In this document: positions 63,839 to 64,000 of the stretch, piece by piece | Layout: each line of letters begins with the position of its first letter | How positions within the stretch are numbered: position 1 is the stretch's first letter | Assembly: GCA_963843375.1 (NCBI GenBank) | Contig: CAWJKT010000008.1 | Span: forward strand, 96,001-160,000 | Source: an uncultured Pseudomonadota bacterium | Lineage (GTDB): Bacteria > Oederibacteriota > Muellerivitia > Muellerivitales > Muellerivitaceae | Direction of reading: 5' to 3' | DNA length: 64,000 bases | Notes under the pieces: generated by a model | What the model saw: only the letters and a program-made list of their open reading frames with translations | Database searches by the model: none | Told to the model about the DNA's origin: nothing | Made by a program: the position numbers and the translations under genes

Positions 63839-64000
63839 TTAGGAAACGGTCGAATGTTCCTTGGTTTCGGAAGGTTTGGCTTCGGCGGGCAAGGCGGTTT
63901 GAACCGGTGCGGCGGTTGAGGTGGAAGCAGCATGATTCGCTGGATCGTCTGGATTCGCCGCTTTCTTGAATTCACGCATTGCGGTTCCCAAGCCTTTGGC
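63839..64000 (-). CDS. tatA: TatA/E, 5'-truncated; not in the ORF track
   Basis: Manual translation AKGLGTAMREFKKAANPDD...TVS*, matching the TatA amphipathic helix. Confidence 0.75.
   Translation of the reverse strand, partial: AKGLGTAMREFKKAANPDDPANHAASTSTAAPVQTALPAEAKPSETKEHSTVS

Noticed and set aside
63775..63969. Plus-strand 64-aa ORF
   Set aside because: Spans a terminator and is antisense to tatA

Overview
Bacterial chromosome segment from a diderm: it encodes beta-barrel proteins, an autotransporter and a TonB system. The Thr/Pro-repeat protein with a FlgD-Ig-like tail suggests a lineage such as candidate phylum FCPU426, which is inference only. Positions 1-6.5 kb are an accessory island. 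It holds the right part of a RIT (three tyrosine recombinase) element with its end repeats, a G-free tract and a 97-nt hairpin, an AT-rich coiled-coil/PD-(D/E)xK gene, a Panacea + PemK-like toxin-antitoxin pair, and a tRNA-Ile(CAU) gene split by a 222-nt Azoarcus-type group I intron. A second, intron-less 5' half of that tRNA lies 465 bp away, next to rpoD, separated from it by att-like repeats. The rest is mostly core genes: mtaB-hit-rpsU-yqeY-mpg-mutS2-dnaG-rpoD, rpsB-tsf-pyrH-frr-uppS-cdsA plus a degenerate GalK-like gene, a GH92 mannosidase, a 1380-aa (Thr-X)n repeat protein, ECF sigma/NrsF, envelope genes, mnmA/desulfurase, M23/bactofilin, a CxxC/RAPP leader ahead of a TonB receptor-exbBD-tonB operon, and partial tatA. 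Several genes, including essential rpsB and tsf, carry small frameshifts that are most likely consensus errors.
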